This document shows positions 41,951 to 55,980 of a stretch of 64,000 bases of DNA, piece by piece (the stretch's first letter is position 1; every line of letters begins with the position of its first letter). The position numbers and the translations under genes are program-made. The DNA lies in NCBI RefSeq assembly GCF_003334385.1, contig NZ_QOWN01000006.1; one strand, given 5' to 3'. Below the pieces are notes generated by a model that was given only the letters and a program-made list of their open reading frames with translations, ran no database searches and had not been told where the DNA came from. Origin of the DNA: Escherichia coli (lineage in GTDB: Bacteria; Pseudomonadota; Gammaproteobacteria; Enterobacterales; Enterobacteriaceae).

Positions 41951-42955
41951 ATGGGCGATAGTATTCTTTCTCAAGCTGAAATTGATGCGCTGTTGAATGG
42001 TGACAGCGAAGTCAAAGACGAACCGACAGCCAGTGTTAGCGGCGAAAGTGACATTCGTCCGTACGATCCGAATACCCAACGACGGGTTGTGCGCGAACGT
42101 TTGCAGGCGCTGGAAATCATTAATGAGCGCTTTGCCCGCCATTTTCGTATGGGGCTGTTCAACCTGCTGCGTCGTAGCCCGGATATAACCGTCGGGGCCA
42201 TCCGCATTCAGCCGTACCATGAATTTGCCCGCAACCTGCCGGTGCCGACCAACCTGAACCTTATCCATCTGAAACCGCTGCGCGGCACAGGGCTGGTGGT
42301 GTTTTCACCGAGTCTGGTGTTTATCGCCGTGGATAACCTGTTTGGCGGCGATGGACGCTTCCCGACCAAAGTGGAAGGTCGCGAGTTTACCCATACCGAA
42401 CAGCGCGTCATCAACCGCATGTTAAAGCTGGCGCTTGAAGGCTATAGCGACGCCTGGAAGGCGATTAATCCGCTGGAAGTTGAGTACGTGCGTTCGGAAA
42501 TGCAGGTGAAATTTACCAATATCACCACCTCGCCGAACGACATTGTGGTTAACACGCCGTTCCATGTGGAGATTGGCAACCTGACCGGCGAATTTAATAT
42601 CTGTCTGCCATTCAGCATGATCGAGCCGCTACGGGAATTGTTGGTTAACCCGCCGCTGGAAAACTCGCGTAATGAAGATCAGAACTGGCGCGATAACCTG
42701 GTGCGCCAGGTGCAGCATTCACAGCTGGAGCTGGTCGCCAACTTTGCCGATATCTCGCTACGCCTGTCGCAGATTTTAAAACTGAAACCCGGCGACGTCC
42801 TGCCGATAGAAAAACCCGATCGCATCATCGCCCATGTTGACGGCGTCCCGGTGCTGACCAGTCAGTACGGCACTCTCAACGGTCAGTATGCGTTACGGAT
42901 AGAACATTTGATTAACCCGATTTTAAATTCTCTGAACGAGGAACAGCCCAAATGA
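41951..42955 (+). CDS. fliM: Flagellar motor switch protein FliM (334 aa)
   Basis: Matches FliM from MGDSILSQAEIDALLNGD. Confidence 0.97.
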   Translation: MGDSILSQAEIDALLNGDSEVKDEPTASVSGESDIRPYDPNTQRRVVRERLQALEIINERFARHFRMGLFNLLRRSPDITVGAIRIQPYHEFARNLPVPTNLNLIHLKPLRGTGLVVFSPSLVFIAVDNLFGGDGRFPTKVEGREFTHTEQRVINRMLKLALEGYSDAWKAINPLEVEYVRSEMQVKFTNITTSPNDIVVNTPFHVEIGNLTGEFNICLPFSMIEPLRELLVNPPLENSRNEDQNWRDNLVRQVQHSQLELVANFADISLRLSQILKLKPGDVLPIEKPDRIIAHVDGVPVLTSQYGTLNGQYALRIEHLINPILNSLNEEQPK

Positions 42956-43365
42956 GTGACATGAATAATCCGGCCGATGACAACAACGGCGCAATGGACG
43001 ATCTGTGGGCTGAAGCGTTGAGCGAACAAAAATCAACCAGCAGCAAAAGCGCTGCCGACGCGGTGTTCCAGCAATTTGGCGGTGGTGATGTCAGCGGAAC
43101 GTTGCAGGATATCGACCTGATAATGGATATTCCGGTCAAGCTGACCGTCGAGCTGGGCCGTACGCGGATGACCATCAAAGAGCTGTTGCGTCTGACGCAA
43201 GGGTCCGTCGTGGCGCTGGACGGTCTGGCGGGCGAACCACTGGATATTCTGATCAACGGTTATTTAATCGCCCAGGGCGAAGTGGTGGTCGTTGCCGATA
43301 AATATGGCGTGCGGATCACCGATATCATTACTCCGTCTGAGCGAATGCGTCGCCTGAGCCGTTAG
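42952..43365 (+). CDS. fliN: Flagellar motor switch protein FliN (137 aa)
   Basis: ORF translation matches FliN. Confidence 0.97.
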   Translation: MSDMNNPADDNNGAMDDLWAEALSEQKSTSSKSAADAVFQQFGGGDVSGTLQDIDLIMDIPVKLTVELGRTRMTIKELLRLTQGSVVALDGLAGEPLDILINGYLIAQGEVVVVADKYGVRITDIITPSERMRRLSR

Positions 43366-43367
43366 TG

Positions 43368-43733
43368 ATGAATAACCACGCTACTGTGCAATCTTCCACG
43401 CCGGTTTCTGCTGCGCCACTGCTGCAGGTCAGCGGCGCACTCATCGCCATTATTGCCCTGATCCTCGCTGCTGCCTGGCTGGTAAAACGGTTGGGATTTG
43501 CCCCGAAACGCACTGGCGTTAACGGTCTGAAAATTAGCGCCAGTGCTTCGCTGGGCGCGCGTGAACGGGTTGTGGTGGTCGATGTGGAAGATACACGGCT
43601 GGTGCTCGGCGTTACCGCAGGGCAAATCAATCTGCTGCATAAACTTCCCCCTTCAGCACCAACAGAAGAGATACCGCAGACCGATTTTCAGTCGGTCATG
43701 AAAAATTTGCTTAAGCGTAGTGGGAGATCCTGA
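43368..43733 (+). CDS. fliO: Flagellar biosynthesis protein FliO (121 aa)
   Basis: Matches FliO from [10 protein letters not shown]. Confidence 0.93.
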   Translation: MNNHATVQSSTPVSAAPLLQVSGALIAIIALILAAAWLVKRLGFAPKRTGVNGLKISASASLGARERVVVVDVEDTRLVLGVTAGQINLLHKLPPSAPTEEIPQTDFQSVMKNLLKRSGRS

Positions 43734-44470
43734 TGCGTCGTTTGTTGTCTGTCGCACCTGTCCTTCTCTGGCTGGTTACGCCCCTCGCCTTCGCGCAACT
43801 GCCGGGTATCACCAGCCAGCCGCTGCCTGGCGGTGGACAAAGCTGGTCGCTCCCGGTGCAGACGCTGGTGTTCATCACCTCGTTGACGTTTATTCCGGCA
43901 ATTTTACTGATGATGACCAGTTTCACCCGCATCATCATTGTTTTTGGTTTATTGCGTAACGCGCTGGGAACGCCCTCCGCGCCACCTAACCAGGTATTGC
44001 TGGGGCTGGCACTATTTTTGACCTTTTTTATTATGTCACCGGTGATCGATAAAATTTATGTCGATGCGTACCAGCCATTCAGCGAAGAGAAAATATCAAT
44101 GCAGGAGGCGCTGGAAAAAGGGGCGCAGCCGCTACGTGAGTTTATGCTGCGTCAGACCCGTGAGGCAGATTTAGGGTTGTTTGCCAGACTAGCGAATACC
44201 GGCCCGTTGCAGGGACCTGAAGCCGTGCCGATGCGCATTTTGCTCCCGGCCTACGTGACCAGCGAGTTGAAAACCGCATTTCAGATAGGCTTCACGATTT
44301 TCATTCCTTTTTTGATTATCGACCTGGTGATTGCCAGCGTGTTGATGGCATTGGGGATGATGATGGTCCCCCCCGCCACCATTGCTCTGCCCTTTAAACT
44401 GATGCTGTTTGTACTGGTGGATGGTTGGCAATTGCTGGTCGGTTCGCTGGCGCAGAGCTTTTACAGCTAG
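43733..44470 (+). CDS. fliP: Flagellar export apparatus protein FliP (245 aa)
   Basis: ORF translation matches FliP. Confidence 0.97.
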   Translation: MRRLLSVAPVLLWLVTPLAFAQLPGITSQPLPGGGQSWSLPVQTLVFITSLTFIPAILLMMTSFTRIIIVFGLLRNALGTPSAPPNQVLLGLALFLTFFIMSPVIDKIYVDAYQPFSEEKISMQEALEKGAQPLREFMLRQTREADLGLFARLANTGPLQGPEAVPMRILLPAYVTSELKTAFQIGFTIFIPFLIIDLVIASVLMALGMMMVPPATIALPFKLMLFVLVDGWQLLVGSLAQSFYS

Positions 44471-44479
44471 AGAGGCAAA

Positions 44480-44749
44480 ATGACACCTGAATCGGTCATG
44501 ATGATGGGGACTGAAGCGATGAAAGTCGCGCTGGCACTGGCTGCCCCGCTGTTGCTGGTGGCGCTGGTCACGGGCCTTATCATCAGTATTTTGCAGGCCG
44601 CCACCCAGATCAACGAAATGACGCTGTCGTTTATTCCAAAAATCATCGCCGTATTTATTGCCATTATTATTGCCGGACCGTGGATGCTCAATCTGTTGCT
44701 GGATTACGTCCGCACCTTGTTCACTAACCTGCCGTATATCATCGGGTAG
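44480..44749 (+). CDS. fliQ: Flagellar export apparatus protein FliQ (89 aa)
   Basis: ORF translation matches FliQ. Confidence 0.97.
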   Translation: MTPESVMMMGTEAMKVALALAAPLLLVALVTGLIISILQAATQINEMTLSFIPKIIAVFIAIIIAGPWMLNLLLDYVRTLFTNLPYIIG

Positions 44750-44756
44750 CCGTACT

Positions 44757-45542
44757 ATGTTGCAGGTGACAAGCGAACAATGGCTATCCTGGTTAAGCCT
44801 CTACTTCTGGCCGTTACTGCGCGTGCTGGCGCTCATTTCTACCGCGCCAATTCTGAGCGAACGCAGCGTGCCGAAACGGGTAAAACTGGGTCTGGCAATG
44901 ATGATCACGTTCGCAATTGCCCCATCATTACCTGCCAACGATGTTCCTGTTTTTTCGTTCTTTGCTCTGTGGCTGGCCGTGCAGCAGATCCTGATCGGCA
45001 TTGCGCTTGGTTTTACCATGCAATTTGCCTTTGCCGCTGTGCGAACCGCTGGCGAAATTATCGGCCTGCAAATGGGGCTGTCATTTGCGACGTTTGTCGA
45101 TCCGGCCAGCCATCTCAATATGCCCGTTTTAGCGCGTATCATGGATATGCTGGCGTTATTGCTGTTCCTGACATTTAACGGTCATTTATGGTTAATTTCA
45201 CTGCTGGTCGATACCTTTCACACCCTGCCAATTGGTGGCGAACCGTTGAACAGCAATGCGTTTCTGGCACTCACCAAAGCAGGGAGTTTGATTTTCCTTA
45301 ACGGGCTGATGCTGGCGTTACCGCTCATTACTCTGCTGCTGACCCTGAATCTGGCATTAGGTTTACTGAATCGTATGGCCCCGCAATTATCCATTTTTGT
45401 TATTGGATTTCCATTAACTCTGACTGTCGGTATCTCTTTAATGGCGGCATTAATGCCGTTAATTGCGCCTTTTTGCGAACATTTATTCAGTGAAATTTTT
45501 AATTTGCTGGCTGATATTATTAGTGAATTGCCATTAATATAA
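44757..45542 (+). CDS. fliR: Flagellar export apparatus protein FliR (261 aa)
   Basis: Matches FliR from [19 protein letters not shown]. Confidence 0.96.
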   Translation: MLQVTSEQWLSWLSLYFWPLLRVLALISTAPILSERSVPKRVKLGLAMMITFAIAPSLPANDVPVFSFFALWLAVQQILIGIALGFTMQFAFAAVRTAGEIIGLQMGLSFATFVDPASHLNMPVLARIMDMLALLLFLTFNGHLWLISLLVDTFHTLPIGGEPLNSNAFLALTKAGSLIFLNGLMLALPLITLLLTLNLALGLLNRMAPQLSIFVIGFPLTLTVGISLMAALMPLIAPFCEHLFSEIFNLLADIISELPLI

Positions 45543-45831
45543 TTCCGTAACGTTTATCATGTTATCCTAAGGATTATCCGAAAAATAATACCTACGAACA
45601 TCTTCCAGGATACTCCTGCGGCGAAATATTTGTTTTAAGCTCACTCACATATCGCAACATTTACTTTACTTTAAGACAATTCCAGGCAAATTATACAACA
45701 CTTTACGGGATAGTAAGTCCGCCTGAAAAATCGCGAGAGTAGCGCATTAGGTGACCCATGTTGTTCCGTTTAGTCATGATGAAATATTCAGGTAAGGGGA
45801 ATTATCGTTACGCATTGAGTGAGGGTATGCC
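45543..45831 (+). promoter_or_regulatory. rcsA promoter region (AT-rich; autoregulated and H-NS-silenced in E. coli)
   Basis: AT-rich intergenic region upstream of rcsA; regulation from established knowledge, sites not mapped here. Confidence 0.5.
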
Positions 45832-46455
45832 ATGTCAACGATTATTATGGATTTATGTAGTTACACCCGACTAGGTTTAACCGGGTATCTGTTGAGTAGA
45901 GGGGTTAAAAAAAGAGAAATCAACGACATTGAAACCGTTGATGACCTTGCCATAGCTTGTGATTCACAGCGCCCTTCAGTGGTGTTTATTAATGAGGACT
46001 GTTTCATCCATGATGCTTCTAACAGTCAGCACATCAAGCACATCATTAATCAACATCCCAATACGTTATTTATCGTTTTTATGGCAATTGCCAATGTTCA
46101 TTTTGATGAATATCTATTGGTCAGAAAAAATTTATTGATCAGTTCTAAATCGATTAAACCGGAATCTCTCGACGATATCCTTGGCGATATTCTGAAAAAA
46201 GAGACAACGATAACCTCGTTTTTAAATATGCCGACGTTATCATTGAGCCGAACCGAATCGAGTATGTTGCGAATGTGGATGGCAGGTCAGGGAACCATTC
46301 AAATCTCTGACCAAATGAATATCAAAGCCAAGACCGTTTCATCGCATAAAGGTAATATTAAACGTAAGATCAAAACGCATAATAAACAGGTTATCTACCA
46401 TGTCGTCCGACTGACGGATAATGTGACTAATGGTATTTTTGTCAACATGCGCTAA
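45832..46455 (+). CDS. rcsA: Capsule synthesis co-regulator RcsA (LuxR-family), 207 aa
   Basis: ORF translation matches RcsA. Confidence 0.96.
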
Positions 46456-46461
46456 CACATT

Positions 46462-46487
46462 CTGACTGGTGGTTTCCCACCAGTCAG
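46462..46487. terminator. Bidirectional intrinsic terminator between convergent rcsA and dsrB
   Basis: Hairpin CTGACTGGTGG-TTTC-CCACCAGTCAG. Confidence 0.7.
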
Positions 46488-46498
46488 GCTGAATAAGA

Positions 46499-46777
<279 letters not shown>

Positions 46778-46849
46778 CTATACTTAAGAGATGCCAGGCG
46801 GACTTAACGACTGGCGGCAACAACAGAGTAACGGTTGCGAGGAAAGATG

Positions 46850-47077
46850 ATGAAAACCGCAAAAGAGTACAGCGATACCGCAAAACGTGAGGTCAGCGTC
46901 GATGTCGATGCCCTGCTGGCGGCGATCAATGAAATTAGCGAAAGCGAAGTTCATCGCAGCCAGAACGATTCTGAACACGTTAGCGTCGATGGACGTGAAT
47001 ATCATACATGGCGTGAATTGGCGGATGCCTTCGAACTGGATATTCATGACTTCAGCGTCTCTGAAGTGAATCGTTGA
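46850..47077 (+). CDS. yodD: Stress-induced protein YodD (75 aa)
   Basis: Matches YodD from MKTAKEYSDTAKREV. Confidence 0.9.
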   Translation: MKTAKEYSDTAKREVSVDVDALLAAINEISESEVHRSQNDSEHVSVDGREYHTWRELADAFELDIHDFSVSEVNR

Positions 47078-47090
47078 ATGCACAATAAAA

Positions 47091-47177
47091 AAATCCCGAC
47101 CCTGAGGGGGTCGGGATGAAACTTGCTTAAGCAAGAAGCACTTAAAAAATTCGTTACACCAGGAAATCTGATGTGTT
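47091..47177 (-). ncRNA. dsrA: DsrA small regulatory RNA (87 nt)
   Basis: Reverse complement reads AACACATCAGATTTCCTGGTGTAACGAATTTTTTAAGTGCTTCTTGCTTAAGCAAGTTTCATCCCGACCCCCTCAGGGTCGGGATTT, matching DsrA as recalled. Confidence 0.93.
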
Positions 47178-47356
47178 CATCACCTTATCCGCAATTTTTT
47201 TCGCTGACAAGAAAATATTCGCGATATGAATGATTAACGCTACTTATGAATAGAAATGTGACGTGCGTCACCCCTTGGTGGCTCTGGCGTCAACGGGATC
47301 GCTCCCGAAAAAATCATCTTTGATTATTTGTGCTGTTTTGAGAATCATCCTGGTAA

Positions 47357-49881
<2,525 letters not shown>

Positions 49882-49959
49882 CCTGACGACTCCCAACCTG
49901 CTTTTTTATGATTCTGGCATAACCTGGCGATAGCGTACCGCAAAACAGCGATAATTTTA

Positions 49960-50105
49960 TAATGGTGGCATGATAAGACGCGACAGACATCGATAGTTTT
50001 ATAACGTAGGCATGATAAGACGCGATAGCGTCGCATCAGGCAATTCAGTGCAGACACTGGCACACCCGACCGGATGCGACGTGAGCGCCACATCCGGTCG
50101 GGTGT
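49960..50105. repeat. REP/BIME-type palindromic repeat cluster
   Basis: Duplicated GGCATGATAAGACGCGA units plus palindromic CCCGACCGGATGCGACGTGAGCGCCACATCCGGTCGGG. Confidence 0.75.
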
Positions 50106-50118
50106 TAATGATACCCTT

Positions 50119-50301
50119 TCAAACTTCTTCCGCAGGACGACTTCCCTCCCCCGGAACAAGCTCGGTTTCATGAAAAGCTTCCCGCTTGACCCCGTAACCG
50201 TCATACCAACGACACTCAACCATACCGCTGGAGTATCCGGTGACAATCATCCGCGGGCCGCCCTCTTTAACCGTAACTTCCTCACTAACCATAAAGCTCA
50301 T
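50119..50301 (-). CDS. yodC: Small protein YodC (60 aa)
   Basis: ORF translation matches YodC. Confidence 0.85.
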   Translation of the reverse strand: MSFMVSEEVTVKEGGPRMIVTGYSSGMVECRWYDGYGVKREAFHETELVPGEGSRPAEEV

Positions 50302-50379
50302 ACTCGCCTCCTTTTTTCGAGTGAAACTTGTTCACCTTAGTTGAAGATGGCGAATTTTGCATAATAGCCTGTGCGAGTA

Positions 50380-51297
50380 TTAATGTGCCTGACCGCGTAT
50401 TTTCGCTACGGCTTTCACTCCCAGCACCACGATGCCGCCGATGATAAATCCAAGAATCAGATTTAAAACAGTCGGTAATATCATCGCCACCACTGCACTT
50501 TGCTGCCCGGCGAAATGTTCAATGGCGTGATGCAGCGGCGCAATACCATGTACCACAATCCCGCCGCCGACGAGGAACATCGCCAGCGTGCCGACAATCG
50601 ATAACGCTTTCATCAGCCAGGGCGCGATAATCAATAATCCTTTACCTAATGCCTGCATCAGCGCGCTGGATTTTTCCGCCAGCCAATACCCCAGGTCATC
50701 AATCTTAACGATAACCCCTACCAGACCGTAGACGCCCACGGTCACTACCAACGCGATGCCTGAAAGCACCAGCACCTGATTAAGCAACGGCGCTTCGGCC
50801 ACAATCCCCAGCGTGATGGCGACGATTTCGGCAGACAATATAAAATCGGTACGAATCGCCCCTTTTATTTTGTCCTTTTCAAACTTCAGCGGATCCTGCG
50901 CCGCCAGCTTCTCCAGACGCTGCTGGCTCTGCGCCGGATCTTCTTTATGTTTACGCGCCTCCAGCATATGCAGCACTTTCTCTACTCCTTCAAAGCAGAG
51001 AAACGCGCCACCAATCATCAACAGAGGCGTAATCGCCCACGGGATAAACGCACTGATGATCAGCGCCAGCGGCACCAGAATCACTTTATTAATCAGCGAT
51101 CCTTTCGCCACGCCCCAGACCACGGGAAGTTCCCGGTTGGCCCGCACGCCTGAAACTTGTTGCGCATTGAGCGATAAGTCATCCCCTAATACACCGGCGG
51201 TTTTCTTCGCCGCCAGTTTGCCCATCACGGAGATATCGTCCAGCAGTGTGGCGATATCATCGAGCAACGTCAGTAAACTACTCCCGGCCAAAAGCAT
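50380..51297 (-). CDS. yedI: DUF808 inner membrane protein YedI (305 aa)
   Basis: ORF translation matches YedI. Confidence 0.93.
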   Translation of the reverse strand: MLLAGSSLLTLLDDIATLLDDISVMGKLAAKKTAGVLGDDLSLNAQQVSGVRANRELPVVWGVAKGSLINKVILVPLALIISAFIPWAITPLLMIGGAFLCFEGVEKVLHMLEARKHKEDPAQSQQRLEKLAAQDPLKFEKDKIKGAIRTDFILSAEIVAITLGIVAEAPLLNQVLVLSGIALVVTVGVYGLVGVIVKIDDLGYWLAEKSSALMQALGKGLLIIAPWLMKALSIVGTLAMFLVGGGIVVHGIAPLHHAIEHFAGQQSAVVAMILPTVLNLILGFIIGGIVVLGVKAVAKIRGQAH

Positions 51298-51469
51298 TCC
51301 CTCTCATTTTTATTGTTGAAGGGTGTAAGTATGAAGCAAAAACGGCAGCTCTGATACTTGCTTCACAGGTCAACATTTTTTTAACAATCAAGTGCAATTA
51401 TATCTCTCGCCAGCAGAATGATTTTCACGTTTACTATGAACCACCTTTTTATTTCCACCGTGAGGGATT

Positions 51470-52390
51470 ATGCGTTTCCGCCAGTTGTTACCGCTTTTTG
51501 GCGCGCTGTTTGCGTTGTATATCATTTGGGGCTCAACCTATTTTGTCATTCGGATTGGCGTGGAAAGCTGGCCTCCGTTAATGATGGCAGGCGTTCGATT
51601 CCTGGCAGCCGGTATTTTATTGATGGCATTTTTGCTACTGCGCGGACACAAACTCCCCCCGCTACGTCCGCTGCTCAATGCCGCGCTGATTGGCCTGTTA
51701 TTGCTGGCTGTCGGTAATGGCATGGTGACGGTTGCCGAACATCAAAATGTTCCTTCCGGCATCGCCGCCGTAGTGGTTGCAACCGTGCCCCTCTTTACCC
51801 TGTGCTTCAGCCGCCTGTTTGGCATTAAAACGCGCAAACTGGAATGGGTGGGTATTGCCATTGGGCTTGCCGGAATCATCATGCTCAATAGCGGTGGAAA
51901 TTTAAGCGGCAATCCGTGGGGCGCGATTCTGATTTTAATCGGCTCGATTAGCTGGGCGTTTGGCTCGGTTTATGGCTCGCGCATTACCTTACCTGTAGGG
52001 ATGATGGCGGGTGCGATTGAGATGCTGGCGGCAGGCGTGGTGTTAATGATCGCGTCGATGATTGCAGGTGAAAAACTGACGGCACTCCCTTCCCTTTCAG
52101 GCTTCCTTGCGGTCGGCTATCTGGCGCTGTTTGGTTCGATTATCGCCATTAACGCTTATATGTATTTAATCCGCAACGTCAGTCCGGCTCTCGCCACCAG
52201 CTACGCCTACGTTAACCCGGTGGTCGCGGTCTTGCTGGGTACGGGACTGGGCGGAGAAACGCTGTCGAAGATTGAATGGCTGGCGCTCGGCGTAATTGTC
52301 TTCGCGGTGGTACTGGTCACGTTGGGAAAATATCTCTTCCCGGCAAACCCCGTAGTTGCGCCAGTTATTCAGGACGCATCAAGCGAGTAA
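51470..52390 (+). CDS. yedA: EamA/DMT-family transporter YedA (306 aa)
   Basis: ORF translation matches YedA. Confidence 0.93.
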   Translation: MRFRQLLPLFGALFALYIIWGSTYFVIRIGVESWPPLMMAGVRFLAAGILLMAFLLLRGHKLPPLRPLLNAALIGLLLLAVGNGMVTVAEHQNVPSGIAAVVVATVPLFTLCFSRLFGIKTRKLEWVGIAIGLAGIIMLNSGGNLSGNPWGAILILIGSISWAFGSVYGSRITLPVGMMAGAIEMLAAGVVLMIASMIAGEKLTALPSLSGFLAVGYLALFGSIIAINAYMYLIRNVSPALATSYAYVNPVVAVLLGTGLGGETLSKIEWLALGVIVFAVVLVTLGKYLFPANPVVAPVIQDASSE

Positions 52391-52849
52391 ATGAATCCCC
52401 TGCGTGTCGATCTGCGCGCTGGCACCTTCGCCGCAGATCCACTCTTCCAGACGCTCGCTAAGCGCTTCATCCGTCAGCTTCTCGCGCCCACGTAATGCAC
52501 ACTCCCAGACAATCAATACGCGCCAGCCGAGTTCCTGCAAACGACTGATATCGCGGCGATCGCGTTCAACATTTTTACCTATCTTCTCCAGCCAGAACTC
52601 GGTTCGAGTCGCAGGCACTTTAAACAGATAGCAGTGATGATGATGCCAGAAGCAGCCGTGGGTAAATATCACGCAGCGATATTCATCAACGACAAAATCC
52701 GGGCGTCCGGGCAGACTGGCGTCCTGAACGCGAAATGCCAGGCCCTGCCCGGTTAACAGACTGGCGAGGCGCTTCTCTATCGCCGTATCACGCGTGGCAA
52801 TCGCGCGCATATTTTTGCTGCGAGTGGCCTTATCGTGAACGTCGGCCAT
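52379..52849 (-). CDS. vsr: Very-short-patch repair endonuclease Vsr (156 aa)
   Basis: Matches Vsr from [17 protein letters not shown]; start lies inside dcm 3' end. Confidence 0.95.
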   Translation of the reverse strand: MADVHDKATRSKNMRAIATRDTAIEKRLASLLTGQGLAFRVQDASLPGRPDFVVDEYRCVIFTHGCFWHHHHCYLFKVPATRTEFWLEKIGKNVERDRRDISRLQELGWRVLIVWECALRGREKLTDEALSERLEEWICGEGASAQIDTQGIHLLA

Positions 52850-54248
52850 GTTGTGCCTCTTGCTGACGCAACGCCACCGCCTGTTTGATTTTTGGCTCAA
52901 GCAGTTTTGCCACCGCGGCAAAGACCGGCACGACCACCGAGTTACCGAACTGGCGATAGGCCTGAGTGTCCGAAACCGGAATGCGGAATTTCGCTTCTCC
53001 CGGCGCTTCAAAACCCATTAAGCGCGCGCATTCCCGAGGCGTTAACCGACGTGGACGATGTTGCTGATTCAGCGGATCGTCAAAGTCTTTCTCACCCGTG
53101 GCCATATCCCAGCCGCGATCGATTAAAATTTCCGCGCCATCTTTGTAATAACGCGCAGACAGCGTACGCGTGACGCTTTGCGGATTGTTAGGATAGACCA
53201 TTCCATAACCGAAGCCGTTACCGCGCGCCTGATGTTTTTTCGCATAACGATAGAGGTACTTCCACAGCACCGGCGTCAGGATATATTTCGCCTCGACCAT
53301 CGGGTCCAGCAGCTGTGCCAGCGTCACTCGCTGTGCAGGGAAACATTCGCTGATATCACGCAGAGTAAAATCGGCTTTCAGATTCAGATCGCGACGAAAA
53401 CCCACCAGCACGATGCGTTCACGGTGCTGCGGCAGAAAATGTTTACCATCGATGATTTTCGGATCGTCCGGCCCGTTATCTTCTGCATCAGCCACGTCAT
53501 AGCCCAGTTCGTCCAGCGTCTGCATGATGATGCGGAACGTTTTACCCTGGTCGTGGCTTTTCAGGTTTTTGACGTTTTCGAGCACAAACATCGCCGGACG
53601 ACGCGCGTCGATAATGCGCACCACATCAAAGAACAGCGTGCCCTGAGTATCGCAGGCAAAACCGTGCGCCCGCCCGAGCGAGTTCTTTTTCGATACGCCA
53701 GCCAGCGAAAATGGCTGACAAGGGAAACCGGCCAGTAAAACATCGTGTTCAGGAATGTGTTTACGAATATGTTCCGCCGCCGCCTCATCACTCACGCCTT
53801 CTTTATGGCTGAGGGTGATGTCGCGGATATCTTCATTAAAATGATGCGTCGCCGGGTCGCAATAATGATTGGCTTTATAAGTGCGTACCGCATGTTTGTT
53901 CCATTCGCTGGTAAACACGCATTGTCCGCCAATCGATTCAAAACCGCGACGGATGCCGCCAATTCCGGCAAATAGATCGATAAAGCGAAACGCATAATGC
54001 GGATGATGTGCCGGTGGTTTGGGTAACAACGTTTGCAGATGGGCGAACTCTTTCTCACTTAAACGGTGCCATGCCGAGTCATTCGCCAGCGCACGTTTTA
54101 AAATTGCCGCGCTCCAGTGATTCTCACCCACACCATTAAGCTGCGCCACCAGCGTTTTAACATCATAAATTTGCAGCAGTTTCTCCAGCATTGCCTGTGC
54201 GGCATTCCCGGTGCTGTATGAATCGGTTACTGATATATTTTCCTGCAT
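52830..54248 (-). CDS. dcm: DNA-cytosine methyltransferase Dcm (472 aa)
   Basis: Matches Dcm from [14 protein letters not shown]; C5-MTase motifs FAGIGG and PCQPFS. Confidence 0.96.
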   Translation of the reverse strand: MQENISVTDSYSTGNAAQAMLEKLLQIYDVKTLVAQLNGVGENHWSAAILKRALANDSAWHRLSEKEFAHLQTLLPKPPAHHPHYAFRFIDLFAGIGGIRRGFESIGGQCVFTSEWNKHAVRTYKANHYCDPATHHFNEDIRDITLSHKEGVSDEAAAEHIRKHIPEHDVLLAGFPCQPFSLAGVSKKNSLGRAHGFACDTQGTLFFDVVRIIDARRPAMFVLENVKNLKSHDQGKTFRIIMQTLDELGYDVADAEDNGPDDPKIIDGKHFLPQHRERIVLVGFRRDLNLKADFTLRDISECFPAQRVTLAQLLDPMVEAKYILTPVLWKYLYRYAKKHQARGNGFGYGMVYPNNPQSVTRTLSARYYKDGAEILIDRGWDMATGEKDFDDPLNQQHRPRRLTPRECARLMGFEAPGEAKFRIPVSDTQAYRQFGNSVVVPVFAAVAKLLEPKIKQAVALRQQEAQHGRRSR

Positions 54249-54314
54249 AGATTTCACCGGCCATCTGAGATGGCCGACAGGTTAACATAATTACAGCCAT
54301 TTAGGGCCACGCGC

Positions 54315-55010
54315 TCAGCCAGCGGATGAAAACGCATCTATCACCTTGTGATCGACACCTTCATTCTCCCCCGCCAGTTCGGCACTGAGCTTCGCCATAA
54401 ACTCGACTAAAAAATGCGCGTTGTGCTGCGCCAGCTGCTTGCCTCTTGCGGTTTGCATGGTTTGCGGTAGCTTCAGCAACTTAGTCTGGAAATGATCCAG
54501 CGCGTAGCGTTTATCATCAAGCGGGCGATGCTGTGCGAGCGGATCTTCACCATCAAACAGCGCCACGCCCAATGCCCCTGAAACGGCAAACACGCGCGCC
54601 AGGCCAATCGCTCCCAGGGCTTCCAGCCGATCTGCATCCAGGACGATTTTAGCTTCCGTGGTTAAGGGGGCGATTTGCGCGCTGAAACTGTGAGCGGCAA
54701 TGGCATGACAAACGGCCTCAATTTTCTCCGCCGGAAATTGCACGAACTCTTCACGGAGCAGGCGACGCGTCTCTTCTGCTGCCAGGATTGAAGAACGCTG
54801 CCTTTGCGGATGATTTTTCGCCAGGCTCACAATATCGTGAAAATAACAGGCGGTTAAAATCACCAGCATATCGACGTCGTCATCTGCCGCCAGCTTCTGT
54901 GCCGTAGCCCAGACGCGGCGAAAATGACACACGTCATGGGCCGCGTCCTGGTGCTGATGATGGTTTTTCAACCAATTTTCGAACTGTGCCTGCCAGTGTT
55001 GTAAGTCCAT
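54315..55010 (-). CDS. yedJ: HD-domain phosphohydrolase YedJ (231 aa)
   Basis: ORF translation matches YedJ. Confidence 0.93.
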   Translation of the reverse strand: MDLQHWQAQFENWLKNHHQHQDAAHDVCHFRRVWATAQKLAADDDVDMLVILTACYFHDIVSLAKNHPQRQRSSILAAEETRRLLREEFVQFPAEKIEAVCHAIAAHSFSAQIAPLTTEAKIVLDADRLEALGAIGLARVFAVSGALGVALFDGEDPLAQHRPLDDKRYALDHFQTKLLKLPQTMQTARGKQLAQHNAHFLVEFMAKLSAELAGENEGVDHKVIDAFSSAG

Positions 55011-55049
55011 ACGCGCTCCGTTGCCAAAGAGTCGCCACCTTAGCAGTTT

Positions 55050-55415
55050 TTATTCATAGCGTCTGCTACGTGCGGGACGAGGTCGGGTGTACCAGGCAAT
55101 GCTGCCTAACAATGCCCCGACCAGAGCCATAAATAAAAATCCGACCAGTGCCCCTAACCACTTTCCCGCGGTAGAGCCTAAATCGCTTTCAAATCCCGAC
55201 ACGGGGGCATCGGGGATCCGGCTCATCACCCAGATGTAACGCGCCATTGCCCAGACGAAATAGCCACACCATGTATAGAAAGCCCACAAAGCCAGTTTGC
55301 CGCCAGGGCTGCGAGAGAGTCTCTCTTCCATCTTTGTCGAACCGTATTCCATTTTGAGATAACCCGGAAAATTCAGACTTAGTACTATTATGTGATAAAA
55401 GTCACATTTTTCCAC
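55050..55415 (-). CDS. yedR: Inner membrane protein YedR (start uncertain; ORF extends to 55433)
   Basis: ORF translation matches YedR; a GTG start at 55415 gives the 121 aa I recall for K-12. Confidence 0.8.
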   Translation of the reverse strand: MEKCDFYHIIVLSLNFPGYLKMEYGSTKMEERLSRSPGGKLALWAFYTWCGYFVWAMARYIWVMSRIPDAPVSGFESDLGSTAGKWLGALVGFLFMALVGALLGSIAWYTRPRPARSRRYE

Positions 55416-55643
55416 ATTGGATGAGCCAGTCAAGACTCACTCATTTTTTGAACAAATAGATAATTTTTGCGCAACGGCAGTGAATACAGGAAAAATCGTT
55501 TTGAGCGATTTTATTTATCTTTGATATCGGCTTTATTAATTCATTTAATCAATATATTAGCACTGATTACAATTATACCTTTTTATTATTCTGTGTCATG
55601 ATGCTTACGTTATTAGCCTTTTATCGTCTTGTTTATATTTTTT

Positions 55644-55669
55644 GGGCCGGCATGATGCCGGCTTTTTTT
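55644..55669 (+). terminator. Orphan plus-strand intrinsic terminator (GGGCCGGC-ATGAT-GCCGGC followed by T7) with no upstream plus-strand gene
   Basis: GC-rich hairpin 55644-55662 followed by TTTTTTT 55663-55669; nearest upstream plus-strand CDS is absent. Confidence 0.6.
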
Positions 55670-55980
55670 ATACCTTCATTAATGTGCGCGTGATCACACC
55701 AAGTGTTTAGCGCAACAATCATTGATACTCCCTATCTTTCCGCTTAACTCATAACATATTGATATACATTTATAATTTTCATGAATATTTATATTTGGAA
55801 TTCATGATTCTGAATTATATTAAATAGATTAGAAACATTTTGAAATCTTTTAAATACATTTGTTGCATGTAATCCTTAAAATAAAATGAAGTTCATAGAA
55901 TAGTATCCAAATGTGCTTTTTTTTGGATAACGGCACTTATTGATATATTCATGAAGATTATAATCACAAGGGAATACATA

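Noticed and set aside
50813-51319. 168-aa plus-strand ORF antisense to yedI
   Set aside because: Antisense shadow ORF, Ser/Ala-rich low complexity
53178-53738. 186-aa plus-strand ORF inside dcm
   Set aside because: Antisense shadow ORF within dcm; no independent support
55598-55693. 31-codon ORF as a bona fide small protein
   Set aside because: No Shine-Dalgarno and an intrinsic terminator hairpin lies inside the ORF; kept only as part of the orphan-terminator finding, not called as a CDS
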